This document shows, piece after piece, positions 61,018 through 64,000 of a stretch of DNA of 64,000 nt. The first letter of the stretch is position 1, and the number at the start of each line of letters is the position of its first letter. The notes beneath the pieces were generated by a model. That model saw only the letters and a list, made by a program, of their open reading frames with translations. It did no database searches and was not told where the DNA came from. Source of the DNA: an uncultured Pseudomonadota bacterium (GTDB lineage Bacteria > Myxococcota_A > Polyangia > Fen-1088); the NCBI GenBank assembly GCA_963847705.1, contig CAWKBC010000041.1, positions 1-64,000 on the forward strand, in the 5' to 3' direction. The position numbers and the translations under genes are program-made.

Positions 61018-62964
61018 ATGGAGATCGAGAGCGAAGCTGGTCCGTCCGAGGCGACAACCGTCCGCGAAATCGACGCCGCGGCACGCGCGCTGGCGGAGCG
61101 GTGGCGCGCCGGCGACCAGGACGATCTCGCGTTGCGGGCGGCCTGTGGCGGCGCGCTGAGCGATCTGCGCGGCGCGTACCGGCGGCGTCCCGAGGCGTTC
61201 AGCCCGGCCACGGTCAGCCTGCTGAAGGAGGTCGGCCGCGCCTTGTCGGCCCCGCAAGCGAGCCCGAGAGAGCCAGGTAAAGGACCCTGGAAGGGTCTTT
61301 TAGATCCCCCGCGGGCGAGCGTCGCCGGGCAGAGCCCGTCGACGCTCACGCGACTCCCCAGAAGGGTCCCCGCACCGGCATCCGGACCCCCGCCCCTGGA
61401 GGTCCTGCGCGACGTCTTCGGCTACCGATCCTTCCGGGCCGGTCAGCTGGAGATCATCGAGACGCTGCTCGCTGGACGGGACTGCGTGGGGGTGATGCCG
61501 ACCGGCGCGGGGAAGTCGCTCACCTACCAGATCCCGGCGCGGGTCCTGGGCGGGATCACGCTGGTGGTCTCGCCCCTCATCGCGCTCATGAAGGACCAGG
61601 TCGATGCGATGACGGAGGTCGGGTTGCGCGCGACCTACCTCTCGGCGTCACTGCCACCCGAGGAGCGCCAGCGGCGGGTCCGGGCGCTCTCCGCGGGAGA
61701 GTACGAGCTCTGTTACGCGGCCCCCGAGGGAATTGAAGCCTCCGTGGGGCGCGTCCTCGGAGGCCTCGACCTCCGTCTCATCGCCGTCGACGAGGCGCAT
61801 TGCATCAGCCAGTGGGGGCATGACTTCCGGCCGGCTTACCGGAACCTCACCGGCCTCAAGCGCAAGTTCGGCGGCGTGCCGATGCTGGCGCTGACCGCCA
61901 CCGCCACCCCCGCCGTCACCGCCGACATCATCGGGCAGCTGGCGATGATCGATCCGGCCTGCTTCCGCGGGCGCTTCTTCCGCCCGAACCTGCACATCTC
62001 GATGTACCGGAAGGGCGAGCACGACGGGACTGCCAGCGCCGGGACGAAGGGTGTCCGCTCGGCCATCACCAACCTGATTCACGCCCGGCGGGGGCAGAGC
62101 GGGATCGTCTACGCGCTCTCCCGCAAGGCCTGTGAGTCGCTGGCCGAGCACCTGCGCGACAGCGGCATCGCGGCGGCGGCCTACCACGCCGGGCTGGACC
62201 CGTCCGAGCGCACCCGGGTCCAGGATGCCTTCTCGCGCGACGAGGTCGACGTGGTGGTGGCGACGGTGGCGTTCGGGATGGGGATCGACAAATCGAACGT
62301 CCGCTACGTGATCCACCGGGACATGCCGCGCTCGATGGAGGCCTACTATCAGGAGATCGGCCGCGCCGGCCGCGACGGGATGCCGAGCGACTGCATCCTG
62401 TTTTATTCCTGGGCCGACGTGATGGCCTTCGATCGCTTCGGTGAGCGACCCGGCGACGACGTGGATCCGGCCGCCCTCGCCCGCCAGCGCGATCAGATCC
62501 GCGAGATGTTCGCCTTCGCCTCGGCGCGCGACTGCCGCCACCGGCTGGTGGTCCGCCACCTCGGGGAGCAGATGGAGCGCTGTGGCGAGTCGTGCGACAG
62601 CTGCGCCGGCCTCGATCCGCTGGCGGCCGCGCGGACCGCCCGGCGGACGCCCCGGCGTCCGGTGGCGAGCCCCACCGACCGGCCGGCGCGCGCGCCCGAG
62701 GAGCTGACGGTGGAGACCGCCGAGCTCTTCGATCGGCTCAAGACCCTGCGGCGATCTCTGGCGGTCGCACGCAGCGTTCCGGCCTACGTCGTCTTCAGCG
62801 ACGCGACGCTGATGCGGATCGCCGAGGAACGGCCGAGCTCGCCTGACGCGCTGCTCGGGATCTCCGGCATCGGACCGAAGAAGCTCGAGCTGTACGGCGA
62901 CGCCTTGCTAGAGCTGGTGGGCCAAGGCCCCACTTCACCGAGCGCCGGCGATGGCCAGGTTTGA
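61018..62964 (+). CDS. recQ: RecQ family DNA helicase with HRDC domain
   Basis: VFGYRSFRAGQ, MPTGAGKSLTYQ, VDEAHCISQWGHDFRP, ATVAFGMGIDK, YYQEIGRAGRDG, Zn Cys cluster, PAYVVFSDATL. Confidence 0.95.
   Translation: MEIESEAGPSEATTVREIDAAARALAERWRAGDQDDLALRAACGGALSDLRGAYRRRPEAFSPATVSLLKEVGRALSAPQASPREPGKGPWKGLLDPPRASVAGQSPSTLTRLPRRVPAPASGPPPLEVLRDVFGYRSFRAGQLEIIETLLAGRDCVGVMPTGAGKSLTYQIPARVLGGITLVVSPLIALMKDQVDAMTEVGLRATYLSASLPPEERQRRVRALSAGEYELCYAAPEGIEASVGRVLGGLDLRLIAVDEAHCISQWGHDFRPAYRNLTGLKRKFGGVPMLALTATATPAVTADIIGQLAMIDPACFRGRFFRPNLHISMYRKGEHDGTASAGTKGVRSAITNLIHARRGQSGIVYALSRKACESLAEHLRDSGIAAAAYHAGLDPSERTRVQDAFSRDEVDVVVATVAFGMGIDKSNVRYVIHRDMPRSMEAYYQEIGRAGRDGMPSDCILFYSWADVMAFDRFGERPGDDVDPAALARQRDQIREMFAFASARDCRHRLVVRHLGEQMERCGESCDSCAGLDPLAAARTARRTPRRPVASPTDRPARAPEELTVETAELFDRLKTLRRSLAVARSVPAYVVFSDATLMRIAEERPSSPDALLGISGIGPKKLELYGDALLELVGQGPTSPSAGDGQV
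61280..61352 (-). repeat. REP-like element copy lying in frame in the recQ N-terminal linker
   Basis: Reverse complement CGGGCTCTGCCCGGCG..GCCCGCGGGGGA..GACCCTTCCAGGGTCC resembles the 60413 copy. Confidence 0.6.
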
Positions 62965-63026
62965 TCCGGGTCGGGATGAGAGCCGAGGTGGGGGCCGGGA
63001 GGCGGGCGGGAGGCGGGGAAGACGCG

Positions 63027-63479
63027 ATGGGAGTGGAAGCAAGCATTCGGACGCTGATCGCGTTCCTGCACGACGAGCTGGCGACGGTGGCCAGCTACCG
63101 GCGCGCGCTGCCGGGGTTTGCGGAGGCGCCCGATGGTGAGGAGCTGCGCGCCTGCCTCGCCTCGCACGAGCGGCGGATCGCCACCCTGGAACAGCGAATT
63201 CGTTTTCTGGGCGGCGATCCGAACGAGCGAGAAAAGGAACAAGACGGCGAACGAAACGACGCCGCCCCGCTGACGGCCCCCGCGCCTGGCCCGGGCGACG
63301 CGGCGGACGCTGCGATCACGGCGCTGGAGGCGAGCGAGGATCGCGGTCTCAAGCACTACCTCGACGACGTTTGCAAGCTGGATCGGGACACGCGCAGCTT
63401 GGTGGCGCGCGAGATCCTCCCCGAGCAGGTGCGCACCTACGACTCGCTGACCGACCTGAAGCTGACCAGACGTTTGTAA
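63027..63479 (+). CDS. Ferritin-like DUF2383-type protein
   Basis: FLHDELATVASY, SHERRI..LGG, ALEASEDRGLKHY, ILPEQVRT. Confidence 0.75.
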   Translation: MGVEASIRTLIAFLHDELATVASYRRALPGFAEAPDGEELRACLASHERRIATLEQRIRFLGGDPNEREKEQDGERNDAAPLTAPAPGPGDAADAAITALEASEDRGLKHYLDDVCKLDRDTRSLVAREILPEQVRTYDSLTDLKLTRRL

Positions 63480-63480
63480 T

Positions 63481-63501
63481 CGGGACCCTAAAAGGGTCCC
63501 G
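63481..63501. terminator. Perfect hairpin directly after the stop codon (no U-tract)
   Basis: CGGGACCCT-AAA-AGGGTCCCG; resembles the terminal hairpin of the REP-like family. Confidence 0.45.
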
Positions 63502-63599
63502 CGATGTGACGCCGGCGGGGGCGATCCGCGCCGGAGGCAATCGACGGCTGCCGTTGCTTCGCTCACGCTCGGAGCTCCGCGGTCGGGGTATGCTGCGGC

Positions 63600-64000
63600 A
63601 TGCTCGCCCGGGCCGGCGCCCGCCTCGTCGCCGTTGCGATCTCGTTGGCAGGCGCGCGAGCGGCGGTCGCTGCGCCGGCCAGCGCCGTCGGCACGGGGGC
63701 GAGCGATCCCGGCGATCTCGCCGGGGCCGCCGGCCCGTCCGCGGCCGACGCCGTGGCGTTCACCGATCCGCGCTTCGGCCCCCGCTATGTGATCGAGACG
63801 GTGCGGATCACCGGCAACCGCAAGACGGCGACCTCACTCATCGTCGGGGAGCTGGCGGTGCTGGGCCTGGGACCCGGCGTCTCCCTCGATGCCTCCGATT
63901 CCAGGGTCGAGGCGGCGCGCTACCGACTGCTCTCGCTCGGCTACTTTCTCGACGTGCACCTCTCGGTGGCGCGCGGCTCGAAGCGCGGGTCGGTGGTGCT
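63600..64000 (+). CDS. POTRA-domain (BamA/TamA-like) outer-membrane protein, N-terminal part (runs off window)
   Basis: Manual translation: signal-like N-terminus, YVIETVRITGNRKT..LLSLGYFLDVHLSVARGSKRGSVV. Confidence 0.75.
   Translation, partial: MLARAGARLVAVAISLAGARAAVAAPASAVGTGASDPGDLAGAAGPSAADAVAFTDPRFGPRYVIETVRITGNRKTATSLIVGELAVLGLGPGVSLDASDSRVEAARYRLLSLGYFLDVHLSVARGSKRGSVV

Overview
High-GC bacterial window. The gene content (MXAN_2561/2562-like pair, CotH lipoproteins, OmpA-TSP3 protein, sigma-54 regulator) suggests Myxococcota; this is inference. The standout is an accessory island at about 7.6-22 kb holding a complete lasso-peptide RiPP cluster. It has a 62-aa precursor (predicted core GSTGTSPDANPTIKPNQAG, Gly1-Asp8 ring, Leu instead of Thr at leader position -2), an AsnB-like cyclase, a B2 peptidase and three RRE/PqqD domains, one fused to an HPr-kinase-like enzyme. 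It also has a PRMT-like methyltransferase, a Trm112-fused methyltransferase and a GT-C-like membrane enzyme. The core genes lie directly downstream of two paralogous FG-GAP surface lipoproteins. A second signal is a dispersed palindromic repeat family with intergenic copies and two in-frame copies inside the DUF790 and recQ genes. The rest is mostly housekeeping or envelope genes: uvrD, cysD/cysNC, MoxR-DUF58-transglutaminase, truA, plsC, pssA, malQ, treS, XPB-like helicase with DUF790, CotH pair, fabV, an ABC transporter and recQ. Frameshifts in truA, treS and a rhomboid gene look like sequencing indels. All calls come from motif recognition by eye; no database searches were run.
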